Source of the DNA: Flavobacteriales bacterium
GTDB taxonomy: Bacteria; Bacteroidota; Bacteroidia; Flavobacteriales_F; PHOS-HE28
DNA: 64,000 nucleotides
Direction: 5' to 3'
NCBI GenBank assembly: GCA_030584065.1
Contig: CP129489.1
Span: 3,510,235 to 3,574,234 of the forward strand
Part shown: positions 1-9,344 of the stretch, piece after piece
How positions within the stretch are numbered: the first letter of the stretch is position 1
How the letters are laid out: each line of letters starts with the position of its first letter
Translations under genes and position numbers: made by a program
Notes under the pieces: model-generated
Databases searched by the model: none
What the model was told of the DNA's origin: nothing
What the model saw: the letters and a program-made list of their open reading frames with translations, nothing else

Positions 1-354
1 GGCACCGGTGAGGAGCACTGCGAAGAGCGATCCTTCCTGAAGGTCCGCATGCAGGTAGACGGGGTAGACCGCGGTGCGCCGACGGTCGAGCACCAACGCG
101 GAGTCGAGAACAGCCTTGCCCACGAAGCGGTCGTTAAGGTAGAGATCCACTTCCGGCTCCTCCACGTGGATGCGGAAGCCGTTGGGATTCTCCACCCGCG
201 CGTCGAGCCGCAGGGCAAGATGCTGGTTGCTCAGGCCGAGCACCTCCACCCGGGTCACCTCATGCAGCTCGACTTCCTGGTACGGGGAACAGGAAGCCAG
301 CACGGCGCCCACGAGGAACAGCGCGGAAGCCCTGGATGCTGGCGTGGTCATCAT
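1..354 (-). CDS. LEA14-like / LEA_2 (NDR1/HIN1-like) lipoprotein, 5'-complete, 3' end runs off window
   Basis: Reverse-strand translation from the ATG at 354 gives MMTTPASRASALFLVGAVLASCSPYQEVELHEV...NDRFVGKAVLDSALVLDRRRTAVYPVYLHADLQEG. It has a signal peptide with an LASC lipobox and an LEA_2-type fold pattern. It is absent from the ORF track because no stop codon lies inside the window. Confidence 0.55.
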   Translation of the reverse strand, partial: MMTTPASRASALFLVGAVLASCSPYQEVELHEVTRVEVLGLSNQHLALRLDARVENPNGFRIHVEEPEVDLYLNDRFVGKAVLDSALVLDRRRTAVYPVYLHADLQEGSLFAVLLTGA

Positions 355-423
355 CGTGCTCCGATCACCCCCGGGCCTTGGCAGGGAGTGTGCCGTGTTC
401 GCTGATGATCGGCATGGCCACCC

Positions 424-1803
424 CTACGCATGGCCATTCATCAGCGTCGCGTAGTGGTGGAAGAACCGCGGAATCGTGCGGATGCCCTGGAAGTAGTTGA
501 ATACGCCATACTTCTCATTGGGGCTGTGGATGTTATCGCTGTCCAGGCCGAATCCGAAGAGCACGGTCTTGAGACCGAGTTCCTGCTCGAAGAGCGCCAC
601 AATGGGGATGCTGCCCCCGCCCCGTGTGGGGATGGGCTTCTTGCCGAAGGTCTCCTCCATGGCCTTGCTGGCGGCCAGGTAGGCCGGGCTGTCGATCGGG
701 GTCACCGCCGCCTCCCCGCCGTGGTGGGGCTTCACAACCACCTGGATGCCCGGGGGCGCGATGGATTCGAAGTGGTCCTTGAAGAGCTTGGTGATGGCAT
801 CGCTTTTCTGGTTGGGCACCAGCCGCATGCTGATCTTGGCGTAGGCCTTCGAGGGAAGCACCGTTTTGGCCCCCTCGCCGATGTAGCCGCCCCAGATGCC
901 ATTGACATCGAGGGTGGGGCGGATGCTGCTGCGCTCCTCGCTGGTGTAGCCCTTCTCGCCGCGCAAGCCGCTCACGCCCAGGTCCTTCTTGTACTCTTCC
1001 TCGTCGAAAGGGGCTTCGGCCAAGGCATCGCGCTCGGCCTTGCTCAGCTCCTTCACGGCATCGTAGAAGCCCGGGATGGTGATTCGCCGGTCGGCGTCGT
1101 GCAGGCTGGCAATCATCTCGCACAGCGCATTGATGGGGTTGGCCACGGCGCCACCGTAAACACCGCTGTGCAGGTCGCGGTTGGGGCCGGTCACTTCCAC
1201 CTCCACGTAGCTGAGGCCGCGGAGACCGGTGTTGATGCTCGGGACGTCATTGGCGATCATGGCCGTGTCGCTGATCAGCACCACATCGGCTTTCAAGCGG
1301 TCCTTGTTGGCCTTCACGAACACGCCGAGGTTGTCAGAGCCCACCTCTTCCTCTCCCTCGATCATCACCTTCACGTTACAGGGCAGGCCGCCGCTCTTCA
1401 TCATGGCTTCAATGGCCTTAACGTGCATGTAGAACTGGCCTTTGTCATCGGCGCTGCCGCGAGCGTATATCATCCCTTCCTTGATGACCGGGTCGAAGGG
1501 GCCGCTATGCCAAAGGTCCAGGGGGTCAGGGGGTTGAACATCGTAGTGGCCGTATACGAGCACGGTCGGCCTGGCAGGGTCGACGATCTTCTCGCCGTAC
1601 ACGATGGGGTGGCCCGCCGTGGGGCAGACCTCCACCTTTTCTAGGCCGGCATCCACCATGCGCTGCCTCACCGCCTCGGCGCATCGGGCTACATCGGCTT
1701 TGTACTTGGGGTCGGCGCTCACGCTGGGAATCCGGAGCAGGTCGAGCAGCTCGTTCAGGAAGCGGTCCTTCTGGGACTCGATGTACGCGTCGATGGGATG
1801 CAC
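424..1803 (-). CDS. M20 family dipeptidase (ArgE/DapE/PepV-like metallopeptidase); GTG start
   Basis: 459 aa with the M20 motifs HYDVQP and GRGSADDKGQ and a dimerisation domain. The first codon is GTG. Confidence 0.85.
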   Translation of the reverse strand: MHPIDAYIESQKDRFLNELLDLLRIPSVSADPKYKADVARCAEAVRQRMVDAGLEKVEVCPTAGHPIVYGEKIVDPARPTVLVYGHYDVQPPDPLDLWHSGPFDPVIKEGMIYARGSADDKGQFYMHVKAIEAMMKSGGLPCNVKVMIEGEEEVGSDNLGVFVKANKDRLKADVVLISDTAMIANDVPSINTGLRGLSYVEVEVTGPNRDLHSGVYGGAVANPINALCEMIASLHDADRRITIPGFYDAVKELSKAERDALAEAPFDEEEYKKDLGVSGLRGEKGYTSEERSSIRPTLDVNGIWGGYIGEGAKTVLPSKAYAKISMRLVPNQKSDAITKLFKDHFESIAPPGIQVVVKPHHGGEAAVTPIDSPAYLAASKAMEETFGKKPIPTRGGGSIPIVALFEQELGLKTVLFGFGLDSDNIHSPNEKYGVFNYFQGIRTIPRFFHHYATLMNGHA

Positions 1804-1866
1804 GTGGACTGGCTTTATGGGCGTCGAAAGTAAGAACCTGAGGCGCGGGGCAACCTTTATGGGGTT

Positions 1867-1873
1867 GGGGGGG
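1867..1873. repeat. G7 homopolymer tract about 60 bp upstream of the adhesin gene ATG, next to a TTG -33-like element
   Basis: gggg TT ggggggg tctagg seen directly in the sequence. An AT-rich TATTTTTC box lies about 22 bp downstream. Confidence 0.4.
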
Positions 1874-1930
1874 TCTAGGATTCAGCCCAAAGACCTATTT
1901 TTCAACGCTCATCCCCACTCGATCCCTGTC

Positions 1931-4570
1931 ATGAAGGCCCGAATCCTGCTCCTGACCTCCGCCCTGCTGGGCCTGGAGGCTTCGGCCCAGTTGGTGGTGA
2001 ACACCGCGCAGACCCCTGCCCAGCTCGTGCAGGATGTGCTTCTCGGGAACGGGGTGCAGGCGTTCAATATTCGCTACAACGGGGTGCTCAGCCCCGGCAC
2101 GAACCAAGTGGGCAGCGGCTCGTTCACGGCCACCGGCACCAACCTGGGCATCGCCTCGGGCCTGATCCTGTCCAGCGGAGAGGTCTCGAACGCGGCAGGC
2201 CCGGCTTCCGATTTCTCGGGCGACTTCAATGGGACCGGCAGCGATCCTGACCTCGTGTCGATCTCCGGAGGCGTTATCAATGACCGCGCCGTCCTCGAGT
2301 TCGATTTCATCCCCACGGGTGACTCCTTGAAGTTCCGGTACGTGTTCGCCTCCGAGGAGTATCCGGAGTTCGTCTGCTCCTACAACGATGCCTTCGGCTT
2401 CTTCCTCAGTGGCCCCGGCATCAGTGGTCCGTACAGCGGAGGGGCCATCAACATCGCCTTGGTACCCGGCACCACCGTTCCCGTGACCATCGACAACGTG
2501 AACAATGGCTACAACAACGACCCCGCGGACCCGGCCTGCCCTGCATCCAACCCCGCCTACTATGTGAACAACAGCGCGGGCACCACCATCGCCTATGATG
2601 GGATGACCGTGGTGCTGCAGGCCTTCGCCTTGGTGCAGTGCGGTCAGCAGTACCACATCAAGCTGGCCTTGGGCGATGCGCTGGACAGCAGCTATGATAG
2701 CGCTGTGTTCCTGGAGGCGGGCTCCTTCACCAGCACCGGTCAGGTGGTGCCCACGCTGTCGAGCGGAGTGGGCATCATCGGCAATACGATGCTGGAGGGA
2801 TGCAATCCCATCGAGCTCGTCTTCACCCGGTTGGGCGACACCACCGTGGTGGATACGGTTGACCTGACCATCTCGGGGACTGCGACCCCCGGCGTGGATT
2901 ACACCCCCGCCTTCCCTGCCCAGCTCATCTTCCCCATCGGATCGGAGACGGTCAGCCTGGTACTCGACGTCCCCATCGATGCCGACGGTCCGGAGACCAT
3001 CGTCATCACCATCGACCAGCTCGTCGAATGCTCGGGAACCCAGTTGCAGACGCAGTTCGTGTTCAACATCGATAGCCCGCCGCCCCTGACGGTCACCGGT
3101 GCCGACATCAACAGCGTATGCGGGCAGAACAACACCTTGGCGCCGGTGGTGACCGGCGGCATGGGCCAGTACGGCTTTTCCTGGAGCACCGGGGAGACCA
3201 CGGCCACCATCGATGCATCACCCGTGGTGACGACCACCTATACGGTCACGGTCTCCGATGTCTGCGGAATCGCGCCCGTCTCGGCCGATTTCACGGTGAC
3301 ACTGCCCATCTACCCGCCGCTGGCCATCACCGTTTCGCCCGATACCCTTATTGATTGCCTCGGTACCGGTCCGATCAGCGTAACGGGTGCAACCGGCGGG
3401 AACAACGCCTTCTCGTACAGCTGGAGCCTTGCGGGCGTACCCATCGGCAATACCGCCACCATTACCGTGCCGGCTGGTCCGCCGCTCTACTACGTGGTAA
3501 CGGTCACCGAGGGCTGCGGCACGTCGGTTCAGGACAGCGTCCTCGTGGGCACCGTGCCCCTGCCCCCCATCGCCATCGAAACCGCCGGCGACCAGACCCC
3601 CATTTGCGCAGGCGACACGGTGACCTTGACGATCCTGGGCATCACCGGGGGCAACAGCGTCTACACGTGGAGCTGGACCGATGCTGACGGACAGGTGCTT
3701 GGGAACTCCTGGACCATCGATGTGCCGGTGCTCGGGAACCAGGCCTACACCATCAGTGTGGACGACCAATGCGGCTACACTGGCGCCGCCACCGTCTCCG
3801 CGCTGCTGCCCATCTATGACCCCTTCGTGCTGGAGCTCCCTGAAGACAAGGTGCTGTGCGCCGGTGATAGCGCCACCATCCATGCCATGGTCACGGGCGG
3901 CTCCGGCTACTACCACATCCTCTGGGCCGGCCCTGATAGCCTCACGGACCCGCTTTACTGGGTGAAGCCGGAGGAGGAGACCACGTACGGCGTGACCGTC
4001 CGCGACCAGTGCGGCGAGGAGCGCTCAGATGCGATGACCATCGAGGTGGAGCACGTCTCCACCGATATCGTGGTCACCAACCAGGGCCAGGACGATTGGT
4101 ACCTGCAGGCGGCCACCCTGCCCTATGCACGCACATGGGTGTGGGACATGGGCGATGGCACACGGTACCGGAATGATGAGGTCTACCATAGCTACTTGGA
4201 CCTGGAGGACCATTGGGTCAGCTTGAAGATCGTGACGCCGAACGGTTGCCTCGGTGAGGACTCCGTGCTTCTGCGCGCGCCGGCCCACATCCATTTCCCC
4301 AACGCGTTCACGCCCGATGGGGATGGCCGGAATGAGCTGTTCGGGCCCATCGGACACTACATCGAGGAGTTCGAGATGATGATCTTCGACCGCTGGGGCG
4401 AGCTGATCTTCACCACCCAGGACGTGAACGTCATGTGGGACGGCACCGTGAATGGCCGTGGTGAGGCGACCACCGGTGTCTACGTCTACAAATACCGCGC
4501 GGCGGGCCATTACTTCGAGCCCGTAGAGGGCATGGGTCATGTGACCCTGATCCGCGGAAGCCAGAACTGA
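1931..4570 (+). CDS. Large cell-surface protein with an N-terminal choice-of-anchor-L domain, SprB-type repeats and a T9SS type-B (gliding motility-associated) C-terminal sorting domain
   Basis: The internal ATG at 1931 gives the signal peptide MKARILLLTSALLGLEASAQ. N-domain motifs are RYVFASEEYPEFV, DAFGFFLSGPG and DSAVFLEAGSF. The middle carries about 8 SprB-like repeats (VCG...GG.G.Y.YSW..G). The C-terminus HFPNAFTPDGDGRNELF...YVYKY fits a type-B T9SS C-terminal domain. Confidence 0.8.
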   Translation: MKARILLLTSALLGLEASAQLVVNTAQTPAQLVQDVLLGNGVQAFNIRYNGVLSPGTNQVGSGSFTATGTNLGIASGLILSSGEVSNAAGPASDFSGDFNGTGSDPDLVSISGGVINDRAVLEFDFIPTGDSLKFRYVFASEEYPEFVCSYNDAFGFFLSGPGISGPYSGGAINIALVPGTTVPVTIDNVNNGYNNDPADPACPASNPAYYVNNSAGTTIAYDGMTVVLQAFALVQCGQQYHIKLALGDALDSSYDSAVFLEAGSFTSTGQVVPTLSSGVGIIGNTMLEGCNPIELVFTRLGDTTVVDTVDLTISGTATPGVDYTPAFPAQLIFPIGSETVSLVLDVPIDADGPETIVITIDQLVECSGTQLQTQFVFNIDSPPPLTVTGADINSVCGQNNTLAPVVTGGMGQYGFSWSTGETTATIDASPVVTTTYTVTVSDVCGIAPVSADFTVTLPIYPPLAITVSPDTLIDCLGTGPISVTGATGGNNAFSYSWSLAGVPIGNTATITVPAGPPLYYVVTVTEGCGTSVQDSVLVGTVPLPPIAIETAGDQTPICAGDTVTLTILGITGGNSVYTWSWTDADGQVLGNSWTIDVPVLGNQAYTISVDDQCGYTGAATVSALLPIYDPFVLELPEDKVLCAGDSATIHAMVTGGSGYYHILWAGPDSLTDPLYWVKPEEETTYGVTVRDQCGEERSDAMTIEVEHVSTDIVVTNQGQDDWYLQAATLPYARTWVWDMGDGTRYRNDEVYHSYLDLEDHWVSLKIVTPNGCLGEDSVLLRAPAHIHFPNAFTPDGDGRNELFGPIGHYIEEFEMMIFDRWGELIFTTQDVNVMWDGTVNGRGEATTGVYVYKYRAAGHYFEPVEGMGHVTLIRGSQN

Positions 4571-4585
4571 TAAAACCGGAATACC

Positions 4586-6811
4586 GTGGCAGTGAAGCAC
4601 CTAACATTCGGACTCGCCTTGCTGGCGGGAGGCACCCTGCAGGCGCAGCTTACCGTGACCAATACGCTCACACCCCAGCAGCTTGTGCAGGATGTGCTGC
4701 TGGGCACAGGAGTCACCGTGAGCAACGTGTCCTACAACGGCGTGCTCAACCCGGCCGCGGCCCAGGTGGGCAGCGGCTCCTTCACCGAAACGGGCACCAA
4801 CCTCGGGCTTCCGGCAGGCGTGATCCTCTCCAGCGGCTTGGTGGATGATGCCGCCGGTCCGGCCTCTGACTTCGCCAGCGCGGCCAATGGGACCGGTGCG
4901 GACCCCGACCTGGCCCTGCTCGCCAACCAGACCATCAATGACCGGGCGGTGCTCGAGTTCGACTTCGTGCCCGTGGGCGATACCGTGAAGTTCCGGTACG
5001 TCTTCGCTTCGGAGGAGTATCCCGAGTACGTATGCACCACCTTCAATGATGCGTTCGGCTTCTTCCTCAGCGGCCCGGGCATCAACGGCCCCTACCAGAA
5101 TAATGCGATCAATATCGCGCTCGTTCCCGGAACGTCCATCCCCATCGCCATCAACACGGTGAACCCCGGAGTGCCCGGCACCTCCGGTGGCCAGGCGGCC
5201 ACCTGTGCTGCGGCAGACCCCAACTGGCAGAGCAACAGCATCTACTATGTGAACAACGGTGCCGGCGCTACCATCGCCTACGATGGCTTCACGGTGGTCC
5301 TCACGGCTCGCTGGCCAGTCCAGTGCGGCGAGACCTACCACATCAAGATGGCCATCGGCGACGGTTCTGACAGCTCCTTCGACAGCGCCGTGTTCCTCGA
5401 GGCCGGAAGCTTCACCAGTACGCCGTTCGTTCCCTCACTGACGCCGGGTCCCGGCATCGTGGGCAACAACACCATTCTTGAGAGCTGCTATCCCGTGACG
5501 ATCAACTTCGCGCAGACCGGTGCTGCCGACGATACCAGCGTGGTGTACATCCAAGTTGGCGGCACCGCCACCCCAGGCGTGGATTATGTGCCGCCCTTCC
5601 CGGATTCCCTGGTCTTCCTGCCGGGCGATACCGCCCAGTCCTTCACGTTCAACTGCCCGATCGATGCGGACGGTACGGAGACCATCGTGCTGACACTCAT
5701 CTCCGAGAGCCCTTGCGCAGGGGTCACCATCACGAATGAGTTCACCTTCTTCATCGAGTCATCGGCACCGCTGACGATCGTTGGCGGGGTGGCGAACATA
5801 CCCTGCCAAGGCAGCGCAGCGCTGACGCCGGCGGTCGCTGGGGGCTACCCGCCGTATGCGATCAGCTGGTCGAACGGCCAGACGGGAAGCAGCATCACCG
5901 TGTCGCCGACCGACAATGCGGTCTACACCGCCACGGCCACGGACGATTGCGGGTCCACGGCCATCGCCCAGTTCTTCGTGGAGCTGGACCCGCTGCCCCC
6001 GCTCAACATGAGCATCGTCGGCTCGGGAACCGTCATGGAGGCCTGCGAGAGCACCGGAATCAACTTCATCCGTCCGGTGGGCGTTCCCGGCGATGTGCCG
6101 ATCGTGGTCACATTCAGCGGCGCCGCGGCCAACGGTACCGATTTCGTCTTCCAGGACCTGGTCACCATCGCGGACGGGGTGCTCAATACAATCGTGCCCT
6201 TCCAGCCCTTGGAGGATGAGACGGCCGATGACGGCGAAACGGTCACCATCACCGGTACCTACACCGATGCCTGCGGCCGTACCACATCGGCGAGCGTCAC
6301 CATCACGATCATCGATGCTCCGCCCATCTCGGTCACGGCAGAGGATTACACCGTGGAATGCCGGCCGGACAGCCTGCTGCTCACGGCTGTGGGCTTCGGG
6401 GGCGTCGGGTCGCTCTCCTATTCCTGGTCCACCGGCGATGAAGGGCCCTCAACCTATGTGAGCATGCTGGAGTTCGGCTCCTATACGGTCACGGTCACCG
6501 ATCAGTGCAACCGCACCGCCCAGGATGTCGCCACCGTATCGCTCATCTGTGATGTGATCATCCCCAACGTGTTCACGCCGAATAACGATGGCCACAATGA
6601 CAAGTTCGTCATCGATGGCATCACCTACGTGAGCAATACGGTGCGCATCTTCAACCGCTGGGGCCAGCTGGTTTACGAGGCGAACAACTACCAGAACCAG
6701 TGGGCGGGCGATGACCTGCCTGACGGGACCTACTTCTATGAGGTGATCGTGGCGCGCAAGGAGGAGCCCTATACCGGGCACGTGACCATTCTCCGCAACG
6801 GCTGGCGCTGA
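4586..6811 (+). CDS. Paralogous cell-surface protein: choice-of-anchor-L N-domain, SprB repeats and T9SS type-B C-terminal domain
   Basis: Signal peptide MAVKHLTFGLALLAGGTLQAQ. The N-domain is about 70% identical to the upstream paralogue (RYVFASEEYPEYV, DAFGFFLSGPG, DSAVFLEAGSF). C-terminus: IIPNVFTPNNDGHNDKFVI...TYFYEV. It lies 15 nt downstream of the previous stop. Confidence 0.8.
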   Translation: MAVKHLTFGLALLAGGTLQAQLTVTNTLTPQQLVQDVLLGTGVTVSNVSYNGVLNPAAAQVGSGSFTETGTNLGLPAGVILSSGLVDDAAGPASDFASAANGTGADPDLALLANQTINDRAVLEFDFVPVGDTVKFRYVFASEEYPEYVCTTFNDAFGFFLSGPGINGPYQNNAINIALVPGTSIPIAINTVNPGVPGTSGGQAATCAAADPNWQSNSIYYVNNGAGATIAYDGFTVVLTARWPVQCGETYHIKMAIGDGSDSSFDSAVFLEAGSFTSTPFVPSLTPGPGIVGNNTILESCYPVTINFAQTGAADDTSVVYIQVGGTATPGVDYVPPFPDSLVFLPGDTAQSFTFNCPIDADGTETIVLTLISESPCAGVTITNEFTFFIESSAPLTIVGGVANIPCQGSAALTPAVAGGYPPYAISWSNGQTGSSITVSPTDNAVYTATATDDCGSTAIAQFFVELDPLPPLNMSIVGSGTVMEACESTGINFIRPVGVPGDVPIVVTFSGAAANGTDFVFQDLVTIADGVLNTIVPFQPLEDETADDGETVTITGTYTDACGRTTSASVTITIIDAPPISVTAEDYTVECRPDSLLLTAVGFGGVGSLSYSWSTGDEGPSTYVSMLEFGSYTVTVTDQCNRTAQDVATVSLICDVIIPNVFTPNNDGHNDKFVIDGITYVSNTVRIFNRWGQLVYEANNYQNQWAGDDLPDGTYFYEVIVARKEEPYTGHVTILRNGWR

Positions 6812-6814
6812 GCC

Positions 6815-8335
6815 TTAGCGAACGAGCAGGGAGGAGCCCGTCATCTCGGCGGGCTTCTCCATTTCCAGAAGGTCGATAAGGGTTGGAGCCACATCGGCGA
6901 GCACGCCATCCCGCACTGCCTTGCAGCCATCCGCGAGGATGATGATGGGCACCGGGTTCGTGGTGTGCGCCGTGTTCGGTGAACCGTCCGCATTGCGTGC
7001 CTTGTCAGCGTTGCCGTGGTCGGCGATGATCACCACGGAATAGCCGTTGGCACGGGCTGCATCGGCCACCGCCTGGGTGCACCGATCGGTGGTCTCCACG
7101 GCCTTCACGATGGCTTCGAAGACACCCGTGTGGCCGACCATGTCCGGATTGGCGAAGTTGAGCACAACGAGATCCGTCGCGCCCGACCTCAGTTCGGGAA
7201 CGATGGCCTCCACGATGCCGTGGGCGCTCATCTCCGGCTGCAGGTCGTAGGTGGCCACCTTGGGCGAGGGGAGCAGGATGCGCCGTTCGCCCGTGAAGGG
7301 CTGTTCCCTCCCGCCGCTGAAGAAGAACGTGACGTGCGGATATTTCTCGGTCTCAGCGATGCGGATCTGGGTGCGACCCGCTCGGGAGACCGCCTCGCCC
7401 AAGGTCATGGGCAGATCGTCCTTGCGGAAGAGCACGTGCACATCCCTGTAGGTGGGGTCGTACTCCGTCATGGTGACATAGTGCAGCTTCAGCGGCTGCA
7501 TGCCGAACTCGGGGAAGGAGGACTGGGTGAGCGCCTGGGTGATCTCCCGGCAGCGGTCGGTTCGGAAGTTGAAGCAGACCACTACGTCACCATCGGCGAT
7601 GGTGGCTATCGGCGCACCGGTTTCATCCGCCACCGAATGGGGCCTGATGAATTCATCCGTAATGCCTTCCGAATAGCTTCGGTCGAAGGCCTGCAGCGCG
7701 TCTCCAACCGTGGTGCCGCGCCCATGGACCAGCAGGTCATAGGCCAGCTTCACGCGCTCCCACCGCTTGTCCCGGTCCATGGCATAGTACCGGCCGACCA
7801 CGCTGGCTACCCGGGCCGGCTGCCCCTTCATCGCTGCGAGGAGGCGCTCCATGTAGCCCCGGCCGCTGCGTGGGTCGGTGTCCCTCCCATCGGTGAAGGC
7901 GTGCACGAAGACCTCCGTCAAGCCGCTCCGGGCCGCCATGCCGCAGAGGGCCTCCAAGTGGGTGCGCATGGAATGGACGCCCCCATCGGAAACCAGGCCG
8001 ATCAAGTGGAGCCGCCGGCCACGCGCGCGGAGGAGGGCTTCCTGCAGGACAGGCGAACGCTCCAGGCTGCCGTCCGCAATGGCCTTGTCGATGCGCACCA
8101 GGTCCTGGTACACCACGCGGCCGGCCCCGATGTTGAGGTGCCCTACCTCGCTGTTGCCCATCTGCCCCGCCGGCAGCCCGACATGCTCTCCGTCGGTAAG
8201 CAGGGTGGCGTGCGGGGCTTCAGCCATCAAGCGGTCGATGAACGGGGTATGGGCGGAGGCAATGGCATCGCTGGCATCGCGCGCACCCAGCCCCCAGCCA
8301 TCCATGATGATGAGGACTGCCTTCTTCTTGGCCAT
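6815..8335 (-). CDS. gpmI: 2,3-bisphosphoglycerate-independent phosphoglycerate mutase
   Basis: N-terminus MAKKKAVLIIMDGWGLG with full-length iPGM architecture. The ATG at 8335 is the second M; the first is TTG. Confidence 0.9.
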   Translation of the reverse strand: MAKKKAVLIIMDGWGLGARDASDAIASAHTPFIDRLMAEAPHATLLTDGEHVGLPAGQMGNSEVGHLNIGAGRVVYQDLVRIDKAIADGSLERSPVLQEALLRARGRRLHLIGLVSDGGVHSMRTHLEALCGMAARSGLTEVFVHAFTDGRDTDPRSGRGYMERLLAAMKGQPARVASVVGRYYAMDRDKRWERVKLAYDLLVHGRGTTVGDALQAFDRSYSEGITDEFIRPHSVADETGAPIATIADGDVVVCFNFRTDRCREITQALTQSSFPEFGMQPLKLHYVTMTEYDPTYRDVHVLFRKDDLPMTLGEAVSRAGRTQIRIAETEKYPHVTFFFSGGREQPFTGERRILLPSPKVATYDLQPEMSAHGIVEAIVPELRSGATDLVVLNFANPDMVGHTGVFEAIVKAVETTDRCTQAVADAARANGYSVVIIADHGNADKARNADGSPNTAHTTNPVPIIILADGCKAVRDGVLADVAPTLIDLLEMEKPAEMTGSSLLVR

Positions 8336-9285
8336 CAATCAGCGATTGGGAATGACGCGGTGAAGATAGCCCCATGGGGCTGAGCGTCCCGGATCTCGAT
8401 GCGCCCGCCCAGCCTCCGAACGAGGCGGTGAACGATGAAGAGTCCCAAGCCGGTTCCCGGGTGCTGCCGGGTCTCCTCATTGCCGCTGCGGTAGAACCGC
8501 TCGAAGACCCGGCCGCGCTCCGCAGGAGGGATGCCCGGCCCCTGATCCTCCACCTCGATGCGCCACTGCCGCGCTTCCTGCATGGCGCGCACGGTGATCG
8601 CCGTGCCAGATGGAGCGTACTTCGCTGCGTTCTCCAGCAGGTTGTCTACGATACTGCGCATCACATCGCGGTCGAGGGATACGGGCAGCCGGTCGGGAGC
8701 ATCCAACTCGAATCTATGCGCCTCCTGGTCGCGCAGCTGCGCGCGCATGATTGCTTCCTGAAGGACGTCGATCAGGTCCAGGCGCATGCGGTTCACGGGT
8801 ATCTCCCTTGTTCCGTCCGAAGCGGCCAGGAGCACCTTGTCCGTGAGGGTCGCCAAGCGCTCGGCCTCCAGGATGGTAGCCTCACGAAGGCCCTGGGCCG
8901 CTCCTTCCGGCAGATCGCGGCGGTTCAGCGTCTGCAATTGCAGTTTGATGGCTGCCACCGGTGTCCTGAGTTCGTGCGTCACGGCCAGAAGGAAGTTCCG
9001 TTGCAGTGCCGCAAGGCGGAGGTCACGGCGGATGGCGTGGAGCGCCATCCCCAGGACCACGGCGAGCAGCAGCAGGAAGACGCCTGCCTCGCCGAGCACC
9101 ATGAGCGCATGGCCGGTCGGTGCGGAATCGGCTGTCGCTCCCGACAGGCGGCTCACTTCCGCGCTGAGCCGTGCGATCTCCTCATCGCGCCTGAGCAGGA
9201 GCAGCGCCCACCATACGCTCTGCGCCACGATGTAGAGCATGGCGGCCACCAGCAGCCACAGCGCCCTCCGGCCGTATGCTTCCAT
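8335..9285 (-). CDS. Two-component sensor histidine kinase (HisKA + HATPase_c) with N-terminal TM helices; orphan, no adjacent response regulator
   Basis: H-box HELRTPVAAIKLQ and G-boxes DQGPGIPPAERGRVFERFYR. Its stop overlaps the gpmI ATG in a TGATG arrangement. Confidence 0.85.
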   Translation of the reverse strand: MEAYGRRALWLLVAAMLYIVAQSVWWALLLLRRDEEIARLSAEVSRLSGATADSAPTGHALMVLGEAGVFLLLLAVVLGMALHAIRRDLRLAALQRNFLLAVTHELRTPVAAIKLQLQTLNRRDLPEGAAQGLREATILEAERLATLTDKVLLAASDGTREIPVNRMRLDLIDVLQEAIMRAQLRDQEAHRFELDAPDRLPVSLDRDVMRSIVDNLLENAAKYAPSGTAITVRAMQEARQWRIEVEDQGPGIPPAERGRVFERFYRSGNEETRQHPGTGLGLFIVHRLVRRLGGRIEIRDAQPHGAIFTASFPIAD

Positions 9286-9344
9286 TGATGCAGCGAAGGT
9301 AGCGGGCAGGGTGGCGGCGAGCGTGCTATCTTGGCTGCCATCCC

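Noticed and set aside
430-1644. 404-aa plus-strand ORF antisense to the M20 dipeptidase. The same pattern holds for many other long opposite-strand ORFs: 7016-8383, 14193-15686, 19444-20517, 25192-26310, 26336-28099, 34669-36657, 43365-45035, 49417-50664, 50219-52135, 55015-56094, 57964-59784, 60386-61906, 62548-63861.
   Set aside because: These are high-GC shadow ORFs. They are Ala/Gly/Arg/His/Val-rich with no motifs, and they sit opposite genes with unmistakable conserved domains.
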